DNA of 64,000 bases from the human T2T-CHM13v2.0 reference genome, Homo sapiens (GCF_009914755.1 NC_060927.1); one strand, 5' to 3'; positions 45,752 to 58,800 are shown, counted from the first letter of the stretch. The notes: generated from the letters alone by a model not told the origin. Translations and numbers: made by a program.

Positions 45752-46046
45752 TTTTTTTTTTTTTGAGACAGGGTCTGGCTTTGCTGTCTAGGCTGGAGTG
45801 TAGTGGTACAATCTCAGCTCATTGCAACCTCCGCCCCTTGGGTTCAAGGGATCCTTCCCACCTCAGCCTCTCAAGTAGCTGGGAATACAGGCACACACTA
45901 CCATGCTTAGCTAATTTTTGTATTTTTTTGTAGAGACAGGGTTTCACCATGTTGCCCAGGCTGGTCTCGAACTGCTGTGATCAAGTGATCTGCCCAACTT
46001 GGCTTCGCCAAGTGCTGGGATTACAGGCATAAGCCACCATGCCAAG
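45752..46046 (-). mobile_element. Alu (AluJ-like)
   Basis: Antisense full-length Alu. Confidence 0.92.
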
Positions 46047-46179
46047 CTTCTCCTGGACTTCTTGTCAACTATTGTAGCAAACAATGTTTGCGCATTTCTC
46101 AGAAACCTCTGTATCTAGATTGCTAGAAGTCTAACTTCCTTTTCTTGTCTTTGGATATTGGGCTTAAGTCCAGTTGTCA

Positions 46180-46593
<414 letters not shown>

Positions 46594-46919
46594 TTAATTT
46601 TTTATTTCTCAGCAGTCTGGGCTCCTGTATCAGGTTTAAACTAATTAGCTCACTAGCCTTACAAAACTCGACATCTCACAAAACCTCAGTTTCCCCTCTG
46701 TAAGTGTGAATAATTATAGTGTGTATATCATGGGTTTTTATTAAAGGGAAATTAAACATCATAGCTAGCACAGAGCCAACATTTCCTTCCCGTCCAGCTT
46801 GGGGGTATGAGGTATTGCAGTGCATGAAATATATACAACATTGTTCTTAGGGGGAGGAAGGATATAATAGGGAACATTGCATCTAACAAGACAAGAATTT
46901 GGTCAGTGAGCAATTCTGA

Positions 46920-48800
46920 TTAAACAGTTACTCTAGGCCAGGTTCTGGGGATAGAAAGATTAAAAAAAAAAACAAAAAAAACCTGACAGTGATGGGAAGA
47001 TACACCTGCAAACAAGTAATGACAACACAGCATGCCAAGGGCAGTAGCAGAGGTAGCCTCAGGTGGTGAAATCCCAACACTGCCTGGGGCTGTGAAGGAA
47101 GGCTCACAGGGAAGCTAATGCTCAAACCAAGCAAGAGTGAAGGAAAAATGTTTGGAAACCAGTGGGGTAAGATGTTCCAGGGAAAGGGAACAGCAGAATT
47201 TGAAGGGCACTGGCTTAACTGCAGTAGCAGGATGGCACAGTGGTTGAGAACTCACGTTTTGGGGTCACGGCAACCCTGGATTTCAATATTAGCACCGAGA
47301 CTTACTCACTAGGTCACCATGAGCCAGTTTCTTACCTTCTCTAAGCCTCAGCCGTAAAATAGAGGTAAAATAGTACCTGCCTCAAAGGGTTGTTTTCAGA
47401 ATTCAGTGAGGTAATGCACATAAAAGTGCTTAGTACAGCACCTCATGCACAGTAAATAATTGCAATAGCAAATGTTTATGGGGCTTCTTCTCAACGAATG
47501 TTATTTTTTATTATTATCTGGAAATGAAGTGTGCCAGGCTAATGAGACTAAGTTTTGTCCAATGGCAGGAGGGAGCTCTGGAAGAGTCCAAGCACAGGAC
47601 TGTGTGAATCATAGCTGATAATTAGAAAATCACCCTAGGATGGTGGCAGATTGGAAAGTGGATTGTAAGGGAAGAGGTTATAGGCATAAAGATTATTGAG
47701 GAGGCTACTAAGGCAAGAGACACTAAATGACTGGGTTTGGGCAGCAGTAGAGGGAAGGAAAGAAAGGAGAGCAACCCCAGAGGTACTTGGGAAGAACAAT
47801 CAACAGGACATGGGACATGGTGACCAACTATTGTGGGGTGGGGTAGGGCCATGAAAGAGGATCAGGGGACAGTATCCAGATTTCTGAGAAGTAAGAGAAA
47901 TGGGTTCGGATGGCAAAGGGACAAGCCCAGCTTTAGTCATGCTGCCTTTGATGGGAGCACTCCATGAACAGGTCAATTGGTCTGTGGGCCTGGAGCTCCA
48001 TGGAAATGCTTAGAGAAGCCATGAAGACCAGGAATTCCTATGGGGTGAACATGATGGAAATTATGAGTGAGTATGTTACTGAGGAAACATGAGCAGAGTG
48101 AGAGGAGAATCCCAGGATGGGTGAGGGAAAAGCTCCCACAAAGAATATTACAGTGGAGAGAAAAATGAAAGAGCAGATGGAGGAGCAAGTACTGACATAG
48201 AATCTTCAAGGAGGGAGTATAAAATGCAGTGGACACATCAAGTAAGATGACTACAGACAAGTGGCCAATGGTTTGTCTCTATCTTAGAATGCCTGTGGTC
48301 ATTCAGGTGTCTATCATTAGATTGTCTGAGGTCACCCAGGTGTCCCTATCATTAGAATGCCCAGTGTCAGCCAGGAGTCTCCCATTAGAATGCCTGTGGT
48401 AGGCCATGAGTCTCTATTTTTAGAATTCATGAGGTCACCCTGTTGCTTCTATCATTAGAATTCCGGGGATTGCGCAGATGTCTCTATCATTAGAATGCCT
48501 GGGGTCAACCAGGAGTCTCTTTGACCACAGACAAGTGGCCAATGGTTTGGCAATGGAGTATTTAGTGACTGTTTCAGAAACATGAAAATGAGATTTCCAT
48601 GGGTTCAGGAGTAAATAAAGAGATGGAGATAAATGTAATCTACTCCTTTGAGAAACTTGATTTTGAAAGAATTTTCTTTTTAATGAAATGGCAATAGTCC
48701 AAGGGGAATGTGGAATCACAGCAGTGTCATTCTAGTTAACTATAGAAAAGACACAGCTGTACTTACATACTGAGAAAATGAGCTGGTGGAGAAGGAGAAG
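46920..48800 (+). mobile_element. Extended L2 relic interrupted by a MIR (~47225-47470) and by the 35-bp array
   Basis: L2 3' motifs (ggaaagggaacagca, ggtctgtgggcctggagctc, ggtttggcaatggag). Confidence 0.6.
48276..48521. repeat. ~7 copies of a 33-35-bp satellite-like unit (HSAT4-like) flanked by 28-bp direct repeats
   Basis: Consensus tctctatcattagaatgcctg(t/g)ggtcanccagg(a/t)g. Flanks tgac(t/c)acagacaagtggccaatggtttg at 48248-48275 and 48522-48549. Confidence 0.85.
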
Positions 48801-50046
48801 TAGAATATGTTTATCTTTCATTTTCCCAGACCCCGTTTCTTTTCATCTGTTCTAGCCCCCTTGTCCTCACTTCCATTTTCAGTGGCTCATCATCCCCCAA
48901 CTCACAGTCCTCAACTCAGATGCCCCAGCCTTGCTGACCCTCTGAGGCATGACCTCTCCCTTGACACAATCTTGGCTGTTTAGCCCTACCCCCAGGAACC
49001 ACAACTTCAGTAACAGATGCTGCTGACGCCACTTCATCCCAATCCCGTCCCTTCGTGTTCCTTAAGATTCCCAGGGTTGGCCAAGTTCTCTGGAGATCAC
49101 TTGACTCCTGGGCTCCTTGACATCCATTTTCCCAGAAACACCATGCATCCACAGCTAGGCAATGGCCCCGAGGGTCACACACCCTGCACCAGCCCTGCTG
49201 AGCACCATCTGCAGCTGATGAAAGTGAATCCAGAACCTCATGTTCCTGCTAATTTACAACCACTCCAGCCTGATGCTCTTTTTGTACTCTTTTGCTGAAC
49301 CCAACCAAATAAAGGCAGAGGTTCTTCCAGATTGCCTAGTTTTTTGCTCTTGCAGGTCCACAGAGAAATCTGACAAGCCACCAGGATTTCTTTGCCAGTG
49401 CTGAGTAAAGCCAGCCTGTGGAGACAGACAGCAGGTGGGGCACAGTGCTCAAAGCTGCCCCTCTCTGAGAACACATCTAACCAAACACTCCATCCCTGAA
49501 CCTCACCTTCAGCTCTCAGGCCCCACGTGGGGGCTCTGAAGGTGGGCTATAGAAAGATGTGAATGTCGGGACAATTAAGGGTGTGAATAGGAGAGTTTCT
49601 GTTTCCAATTCCAGACAGTGATCAACACAGTGTCATCTGAACCCAGCTCATGAGTCAAACTGCCCGCCTCACAGCTATGCCTGAGGGAATGGGAACAGCA
49701 AATGCATTTACCCTGAAGGGGTGGTCCCATGGACTAGCCAGAGGGGAAGGTGCTGGGGGACAGGTGCTGTCTGCCTCCACTTGCTCACACCTCCCCTTGG
49801 GCATGACCTCCCCTGAGTGGAGACACACAGCCCTGCTCTCACCTGGAAGATCCACATCTGCAGATCTGCCTCATCTGCCCCTTCTCTCACCATCGCCAGG
49901 AACTAGGATGGCTATCAAATTTGCCATAATGTATTTTCATACATAATGAAAGAGGAGCATCTCCCTGCATCATGGGTAGCTAGTGTGTCCTACCACATCT
50001 CTGCTGAGCACAGGAATGTATAAACGCACTTTAAAACATGTGTATG

Positions 50047-50938
<892 letters not shown>

Positions 50939-51167
50939 CAGACCCACTTTCCATATCCTCTCAGGAAATAAGGTAAGACAACACTGCAGATGCTACTCAA
51001 GAGAGGCAGGAGCACAGAGATAATCTATTTACAGTGTTTATCTACCTTTACCAAACCTCACACCACCTTTACCTGCCCCAGAAGGCTTCATGCTGCACCT
51101 TTAAACCTGCACCCACCTCTTGGTGGTATAAGTCCACATACATTTAAGTGGGAATTTCAAGTTCTGG

Positions 51168-51372
51168 ACTGGAGTTCACCAACAGAAATTTCTGTAATGA
51201 CGTTCTATATCTGTACATTGCAATATGTTAGCCACTGGCCACATAAGGGTACTGTGCACTTGATATGTGGCTGGTGTGACTGAGGAACTGAATTGTTAAT
51301 GTTATTCCATTCTAATTAATTTAAATTGAAATATCCACATATGGCTAGTGGCCAACATATTGGACAGTGCAG
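51168..51372. mobile_element. MER3-like hAT-Charlie fossil
   Basis: tagccactggccacat...gactgaggaactgaatt...tggctagtggccaacatattggacagtgcag. Confidence 0.8.
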
Positions 51373-51716
51373 GTCTAGACAATTCCAGCCAAGCAGACCC
51401 TAGCACCAGAGTAAAAAAACTAAGTTTCAGAACGACAGGAGCAGGCTCTCCAGGAGAGGACCAGGTACCTTGTCCCTAAGCATTGAATGGGGCCACTGCC
51501 CTCTCCAAAAGGAAGCAAGGCAGGATGGGCAGAGGCAGCTGAAGGTGAGCTTAAGGACGAGGCAGGATTAACACAGAACCTAATGGGGTCATAATGGGGG
51601 AAGATATATGGAAATGAAGCATAAGGAGAGGTAGAGATGGAGGTGGAGGAGAGAAAGGAAGCAGGTCCTTCCCTGTTGACCTAGTACTAGCACCAATCCT
51701 GGCAAGCTCTAAAACC

Positions 51717-51722
51717 TTTATT
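51717..51722 (-). terminator. RTP2: Probable RTP2 polyadenylation signal AATAAA
   Basis: + strand tttatt about 220 nt downstream of the stop codon. Confidence 0.7.
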
Positions 51723-51940
51723 ACACCCTTTTCCCCTTCCCCCAATTATTGTCACATCCAGTGAAAGAATCATTGCCTATCTTCTAATGCAATCCTCTCA
51801 TTCCGCAGATGCATTAACTGAGGCCCAGAGAGGTGACCGGATTGTCCAGTCATATGTTGAATCTGTAGCAGGATCAAGTCCAGACTGTGTCCTCCCCACT
51901 CTCAAGCCCATGTGCCCTCTCCCACCCTTAACCAGCTCCA

Positions 51941-52454
51941 CTAAAAGAAGGCAGGACTGAGGAAGGAGAACTGCAGGTAAACAACGAGCAGGCAGAGAGA
52001 GGCCCAGAAGAGGCACCAGCGAAGAGACAAGAAGTTGTAGCCGGATCCCGCCTGGGCCCTCGGCTTGGAGGCTTCAGAGGTGTAGGTGGTCACCTCCTCC
52101 TCCAGCAGCTTCTCGCTGGGCTTCCAGTGAACGATGCCCTCCTGGCAGGCCTCACAGAACTCTGCACGATGCGGCCCGCTGTCCGGGCGGCTGGCCACGT
52201 GGATGCGGTACTGGCCACCATCCTCCTCGTAGCACTGCTCGCGCAGGCTGGTGATGAGGTTGTCCACCAGGCCCTCGATGTTCTCCTCCAGCATGCTGGA
52301 CTCGTCCAGCCGCGCCGTGCTGCACTCATAGCACAGCTGCTTGAAGACGCGCATGCGCACCGAGCCCGCCCGCTGGGCGCGGTCCAGGAACATGTGGAAG
52401 AGGATGACCACATGGGCAGACTGCCAGGTGTGCCAGCACCAGGAGCAGTGGAAC
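51941..52454 (-). CDS. RTP2: Receptor-transporting protein 2, last coding exon (zf-3CxxC domain and C-terminal TM anchor)
   Basis: Pyrimidine tract then CAG|G acceptor at 52455/52454. Encodes CSWC, CYEC and CEAC motifs and hydrophobic tail WCLFWASLCLLVVYLQFSFL; TAG at 51941. 164+514 = 678 bp = 225 aa. Confidence 0.97.
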
Positions 52455-53171
52455 CTGCCGGGAGGAGAAGGAGGGGTGGAGAAGGTGGGCATCCCAGAGA
52501 AGCCTGCCCTGAGAAGCTCTGAGAGGGAAAAAAAAGCCTGTGTGCCCGTGCTTGGAGATGGAGGCAGTGTTTACTGCCCTGTGGATTCATTAGCACTCCA
52601 AGGCCGGCCTGCTCTCGCCTCCTCCTGGTGAGCACCCCTGGGACCCGAGCAGCATCCTCAGGAGCCAGTGCCGGAGCCATCTGGCATCCAGCAGTGCTCT
52701 AGAGCGTGCCTCCTGCGGTCTCAGCTGCCCCCCAGCCCGATGCACTCAAGGTTGCACCTGGGCGCTGTGCAGGGTCATCCCCCCCTCTCTGGGCTTCATT
52801 TCTCATTTGTGAAATGTAGTGTGTTGGCGTCCAGTAAGGGTCCTTCCTCTGTGACCTCCTGCGACTCTAATAAGAAGGATGACATACACCATCTAACTCA
52901 TGCATCTTGCTTACTTTGGGGAGAAGAGACGCCTCTAACTGTGCCAAGCACAGACCCTGGCACACTGTAGGTCCTCAGTAAACCACTGAGAATGATGGGA
53001 TGGACAGACCGGTAGATGGGTAGGATCAACTGGCTTTTAGGAGGAACTACCAAGTTTAGTTACTACATCTTCACAAAGAACACTCCCCAGTCTCTTGACA
53101 AGTCTTCTCTAGATCCCACTCTAGCCCTGCAGTGGGGACTGGAAAAGAGGGTATTCATTCCCATTGCCACT

Positions 53172-53172
<1 letters not shown>

Positions 53173-53236
<64 letters not shown>
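53173..53236. repeat. (CA)32 microsatellite in the RTP2 intron
   Basis: 64 bp of uninterrupted CA. Confidence 0.97.
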
Positions 53237-53237
<1 letters not shown>

Positions 53238-55419
53238 TTTCTCTCTCTCTCTTACATGCACAGAGGCCACTTGGCGTAACCTGGGCTTTCTAGAGTCCCA
53301 GTCTCAGGAAGTGTGGTGGGTGGTAGCCTGGGGCTCATCTAGGCAAGCCCCACTCACTCCGCCCCCACCACTGCCTGCACACTTTCAGTGATGCAGCACT
53401 CCTGACCTCCAGGGCAGTTCTTTCCTTCCCTGAGATGAGCCTCTTCCAGGCCTCTGTTATAGAGGCTTCACAGGCAGTCAGATGTCCACTGGGCTGTCCC
53501 TGTCCTCATCACTGGCCCTTTCTGGATCCATTGTATGATGGCCTTGAAGGACTTCTGATTAGGAACTCAATTCAATCCAACAGACACCATTCAACACCTC
53601 CCATATGCCAAGCACCACTCAACCCAGGCTATGGGATAGAGGTGAGGCCAAGCCTGGCTCTGACCCCTGAAAGCCTGATCACATGAGCATAGAACAGTAC
53701 CCAGAATGGCCCAAGGTGGGGTTGGCAGGTCAGAGGAACCTAGCTGGTACTGAACCAGGAGAGGTTCCCCGCCCCCAGTGCTGGGTGAGAGCTGCAGGGC
53801 ATCTGCCTGTTTAGAGACAGAGTGAGCCTGTGCACAAATAAGCTCATGGGCAGCAGTTCTTCAGCTCTTCCTGAGGCCAGCTGGGAGCCACAAGTCACCA
53901 GCCAGGAGTAAGAGGAGCTGACCTCTGAAGCAAGAGGAGACATGAGCTTGCTGAGCTCAGCCCCGAAACTCTGGATCCTGGGCACTCAAGTTTCCAGGCA
54001 TCTGCACCTCTTCCACCAGGCAGTTCAAATGCTTTATGTTTTCAGTCTCCTTCTACACCTTTTTACATCAAACCAACCCAGAATTGCTTCACCTACATCA
54101 AGTTAGGCCTCACATCTTAAATTCAAAAATATCAGATCTGGGGGCAGGCGAGCTTAAGAAGCATCTAGTCAGCCCTTTATTTCACTGAGAAGAGACAGAA
54201 GCCCAGATAGTAAGAGAGGCATCCATGTACACACAGCTAGTTAGAGGCAGAGCCAGTGCTCAGCACATAACAGGTACCCAATAGATGCTTCTTGAGTTGA
54301 TGGAACTGACATGAATCAGCCAACCTCTGGTTTTCTGTCTTTTTTTCACAAGGCAGGTTTACTCCAATAATTCCAGGTCTTGGGACAAGAGTACAAACGT
54401 AAGCTCCCTACCCACATCTTGCCTCCTCTGTTCCCACCCTCAGCACCATTCTGCACCATGAGAAGCTTCACACACATACACGTGAACAACCCAGCCTTTG
54501 TGTCCATGTTCTGGCTACATCTCCAGAGCACAGCCACTTACTGGCCTCTCTTGAATCCAAGGACACAGGAAAAAGGCCTGCACAGACACTACAGATGGAC
54601 TTGAGGTAGTCTGGGGAGGAATTTCTGTAGTCCCAGTCCCCAATCATGATCTAAAAGGAGGAAAGGCATGTGGACTTTAGACGGCCTCGTCCCCTTGGCC
54701 TCAAGGACTCTTTGCCCTGTGGTAGATGTGCAGCTCCTATAAAGAGTGGGACCCTGGGCTCTAAGTTCCTAAAGAAAGTTTTGCTCAAAGCTAAATCTTT
54801 TTATCACAGGTGCATAGATAATAGAGCTAGAGTGGATTGGATCTATTATCTAAGACCAACCCCCTCATTTTGTAAATATAAAAACTGAGAGCCAGAAAGG
54901 GAAACAGACTTGCCAAGTTTACAAGGCTACTTAGCTATATAGAGCCAGTTCGTAGCACACAGCAGGTGGTCAATAAATGTTTATGTATTCAGATCAAATT
55001 GGATTAATTCACTAAACATATCTAGGAACAGAGCATAGCTGTACCCCCTGCATTCCCCCAACTCCTAGATTAAAACTTTCCCCAATGGACCTCATGGCCT
55101 CCTTCCTTCAGTTCCAACTCACTCTAAATGTCAGAGATTGCAGGGACATAGATGATATTACAGCTCTTCATTTAATGTGGACAACTAAGACCCAAAGATG
55201 GAACATAACTTTCTCAGGGTCACCCAGGGAGTTAGTGGTATTGCTAGGATTAAAAGCAAGAACTCTCTGACCCAGCCGGCTGTCTTTGTCTTTTTCCCCA
55301 TCTGAGCTGACACCAGAATAAGCCTGCCCCCGCGACTGGGCTCTGTCTCTCCTTGGAAAGTACCCCACAGCTGTGACCCAGGGGCTGTCTGCAAGGTCCC
55401 TCCCCACTGAACCTCTCAC

Positions 55420-55583
55420 CTGCCTGAGGCGTGCTGCTCCAGGTACTGCTTCCAGCCAGGGGCCAGCTCACTGGGCTTGAGGCTGGGGTCTATGATGAGC
55501 TCCCAGCTGTCCGCTGGCTTTGCCACCTCCATCTTCTCATAGAAGACTTTCTTCCACTCACAAGTGGTCAAGCTGGTACACAT
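55420..55583 (-). CDS. RTP2: Receptor-transporting protein 2, first coding exon (aa 1-55)
   Basis: ATG at 55583. Translates MCTSLTTCEWKKVFYEKMEVAKPADSWELIIDPSLKPSELAPGWKQYLEQHASG(R). Donor AG|GTGAGA at 55420/55419. Absent from the ORF track because it is under 60 aa. Confidence 0.96.
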
Positions 55584-55619
55584 GGTCCTGCTGGCAGAGG
55601 TGGCAGTTCGAGCTCAGCC

Positions 55620-55668
55620 CTGGTGAGAACACAGAAAGAGCACGGATAGGTACGGGACAATTCAGTGT
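55620..55668 (-). other. Candidate 3' splice acceptor upstream of the RTP2 start codon
   Basis: Minus strand CCTATCCGTGCTCTTTCTGTGTTCTCACCAG|GG; the exon would begin at 55619, 36 nt before the ATG. Confidence 0.6.
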
Positions 55669-55701
55669 CTACGGTCAGAATCCTCATCGGCAGGACTGGG
55701 A

Positions 55702-55806
55702 GTAAACAGGACCCAGCTCCCTCCTCTGTTACCCTGGAACCTGTTACCATGGTAGCCAGGCAGGGCACCAAGAGTGAGGGCTGGGGAGAAGGGAAGCCCC
55801 AAGGGG
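55702..55806. promoter_or_regulatory. Motif cluster: forkhead GTAAACA, two X-box-like (RFX) sites, O/E (EBF) site
   Basis: GTAAACA 55702-55708; GTTACCCTGGAAC 55728-55740; GTTACCATGGTAGC 55743-55756; CCCCAAGGGG 55797-55806. Confidence 0.45.
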
Positions 55807-58800
55807 GAGTTTCAGGGCCCTGAGTTAGGCTTCAGAGGCAGCGCTGGGTAGGCCTGAGAGGAGCAAGCACAGTGGGAGGCCCAACCTCAGACCACACTCA
55901 TCTGGATTTCCAGAGGTCTCCAGGAGGCAAGGACTATTTGGTGGCCCTGCTTCACCCAACTGCTCTTCTAGCATTCTCCACATCATGTGCTATGGTAAGT
56001 ACGACACCCTAGGAAGTCAAGGAGAAATGAGGGACAGGGAAAGGCAGAGCCTGCTGCTTCCACACCCCCTGATATGCTGTGACCATCACTTACCATGTGC
56101 CTAGCACAAACTGCTTGACCTGTGTGCTGGCCAAAGCAGATCAGATCAGGAAACTGAAGTTTATGCAACCCCTAAGTGGCTCATCCAAGATTCAGATCTA
56201 GGCCTTCTGAAACCGAGCTCATTTGTTTATTTATTTTAGTACTATTGTGCTCCTAACAGGGAATTGAGTGAGAAGTAACATCTCTTTGCCCAGGGCAATC
56301 TTAGACCAGTTGGTGAGCTAGAATGTAATTTCATATGCCATGCAAAGCACAGTAATAACATTTCAGATTCATAGCGTCATAGAACTGTTAGAGCCCATAT
56401 TCAGTTCCTGGTCCCAAGCCAGGCTAAGGTGGCTGCTGGGGTAATGAGTTTGTTCTGTGCTGCAGGCTCCTGCTGCCTCCATTACTGCTGAGCTGGAGCA
56501 AGAGAGCATCCGTAGCTCTGTGATGCCCAATTCAAATTCTTTAGAAACCAGAGGGGAATCTGACTTCAAATTTGGTAATCCAAGTGAAGACACGGTTACC
56601 TGAAGGGAGGCTGCCTTGAGCATGGAAAAGACCAGGCATATGGCTGCTTACCCTAGCTTTGGTCCAACTTCCAACTGTAATCATCTTACGATTCTTTAAC
56701 CCAGAAGTCTGGATCCCTAGACACGCAGAGTTCCAACAGTAAAGAGCTTCAAGAAGTGAAACAGGTTGCTAAGAACCGGAAGCTCTTGGTGTTGAGTTGC
56801 CAAGTGGTTTTCAGGAAGTGTGAAGTCAGGGACAATGTCACTGGATTCTCTCTTGAAATGAAAAGTGTTACTCTAGCGGCTTTGTGCTAAAGACCTCAGA
56901 AAGGACACAATTGTCTTTGAACCATTGACTGACAGCTCTAGAAGAGCTCTTTTATTTTTAAAAATCTGGTTTATTTCTTGAACTCTTCATTTCTTAACCA
57001 AAATTTATTGACATTGAATTAAAATAACTGAGGCCTGGAAATGGAAAATTACTGGCCCAGGCTCTCAGGACTGGGTAGCTCAAACCTCACTGGGGATTCC
57101 CTTAGAAGCCAGTTACCAGACCAGGTGAGACAGAGGGATCCATGAATGGCCAGGAACTGAACGAAGCTGAGATGAGCTTATGGCCTGGCCTAGACCCTCG
57201 TGCCAGGAAAGAACCTCTGAGAAATAGTATACCTTTGTTCCCAGAACAAATGGCAATAAAGGAAAAACAGAAAGAGGATGAGAATTGTCAGGGTTTACCT
57301 GTATTTTTTTTTTTCCTCAAATAATGCAATCCCCTTAGGCCTAGTATCAGGTTTAATTTAGCATAGCAGCTTCTAAGCAGAGACCAATAGAATTCATCTT
57401 TCTGTATAACAGCACTGTTTTCACTTTTCATACAATCAGTGAGCACAATTACTACTTCAATTTTCCGCGAATGACACTATCTTATTCCAGAACCCACGAT
57501 TTAAGAGCTCACAAATGTATATTGTGTACAGCTGTGGCCACATCACACTCTGGCAGCTTCATTATACATATTTTGTCTAGGCAATACTTTTTCAAATAAA
57601 GAAATTGTTATTTCTTTATAAAATAAAATACTGAGCACCTGTATTCTGCAAACAAATCAGCAAGGGGGAGGGGATGGATAAAAGAATCACTTTTCCCCTT
57701 CAATTTGGAATGCAAGTTAATGAAGAGCTTTGTAAAATATTTATTATTCAATTTTACTTATTAGAGTAATGTAAGAAATGCCAGTGTGGAGCTTAAAATG
57801 ACAAAGTAATGAAGAGTTGAAAAGGTGTGTACATCAAAATCACCTGGAGAGTTCTGAAAACTGTATACACCTCTGCTTCAGAGATTTCAATACATGTTCT
57901 TGAGGAGACAAATTTGCTCTCCACCTACTCCAGTCCTGGGAAGAATCCCTTCTATTGCCAGCCATTGTTACTGATGGGATATGTTGTCCCACAGGCTACT
58001 GGAGGCCAAAAATGAAAAACAAAAAAAGAAGATTGAGTAAAATGAGCTAGTGGTTTATAATATTTCTTTACCAGGAAATAGATCCAGGACAAATGCAAGG
58101 TGTGTCCTATCTTCTCCTGTGTCTCCGCAATTCAAAGAACCATAGACGATGCTATAGGGCGAATCCAAGATCCCCTGGGGAGTATTTTCAAGAGATATTA
58201 GGAAGGCCTCTCCATCCCCAGGATGTAGCACTTAGCGACAGCATGGTCCAAGCTCCCACTCTTTGGGTGGGAGCTGACCTCTGAATCTCAGGGGAGGCCA
58301 CACAGAGCAGTCCATGGCTCTCTAATAGTGGCACATAGTGGAATCTTCCCAGGAAGATTTTACGCTGCCCTTTTATTAATTGGCAGCAACCAGAGCAACT
58401 GCAGGCAAGTGACATTCTGTTTCTGCTGGTGTCCAAGGGCCCAAATTCTGTGCACCATGCTTCCCAGCACCCCAAAGGCTCTGGAATCTGTATTAAGAGT
58501 GACTATATCTACTTATCCTTTTTTCCGGGTCTTATTATCCTAGATAGAGATTTGGTGACGAATCTATTATGGGATGTAAATACATAAAAAGACAGATAGA
58601 AATAGGGTGTGCTCCATGCAAGGGAGAAAAAAAAAAGATAGGGGTTGAGTTAGGAAGGAAGAATATAGAGGGTCTGGGGACACTTTCAGCAGGTACAGCC
58701 TATGCTGCTTCTGTCCAAGAGGCTGAGGGCCTTCATCAGAGTTCCTTAGCTATACTCAGAGAACCTGCTAGTTTCTGTTGAGCTGAGGCTCAACACACAC

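Noticed and set aside
48276-48521. CRISPR-like appearance of the ~35-bp periodic array
   Set aside because: The units are contiguous and diverged with no unique spacers, the context is eukaryotic, and there are no cas genes.
52455-52492. N-terminus MPTFSTPPSPPG of the 183-aa ORF
   Set aside because: It is the intronic polypyrimidine tract; the true frame is joined by splicing from 55420.
52090-52680. 196-aa alternative-frame ORF overlapping RTP2, plus antisense ORFs 52127-52522 and 52341-52631
   Set aside because: These are expected shadow ORFs in GC-rich coding DNA, with low-complexity Ser/Ala/Arg composition and no recognisable domain.
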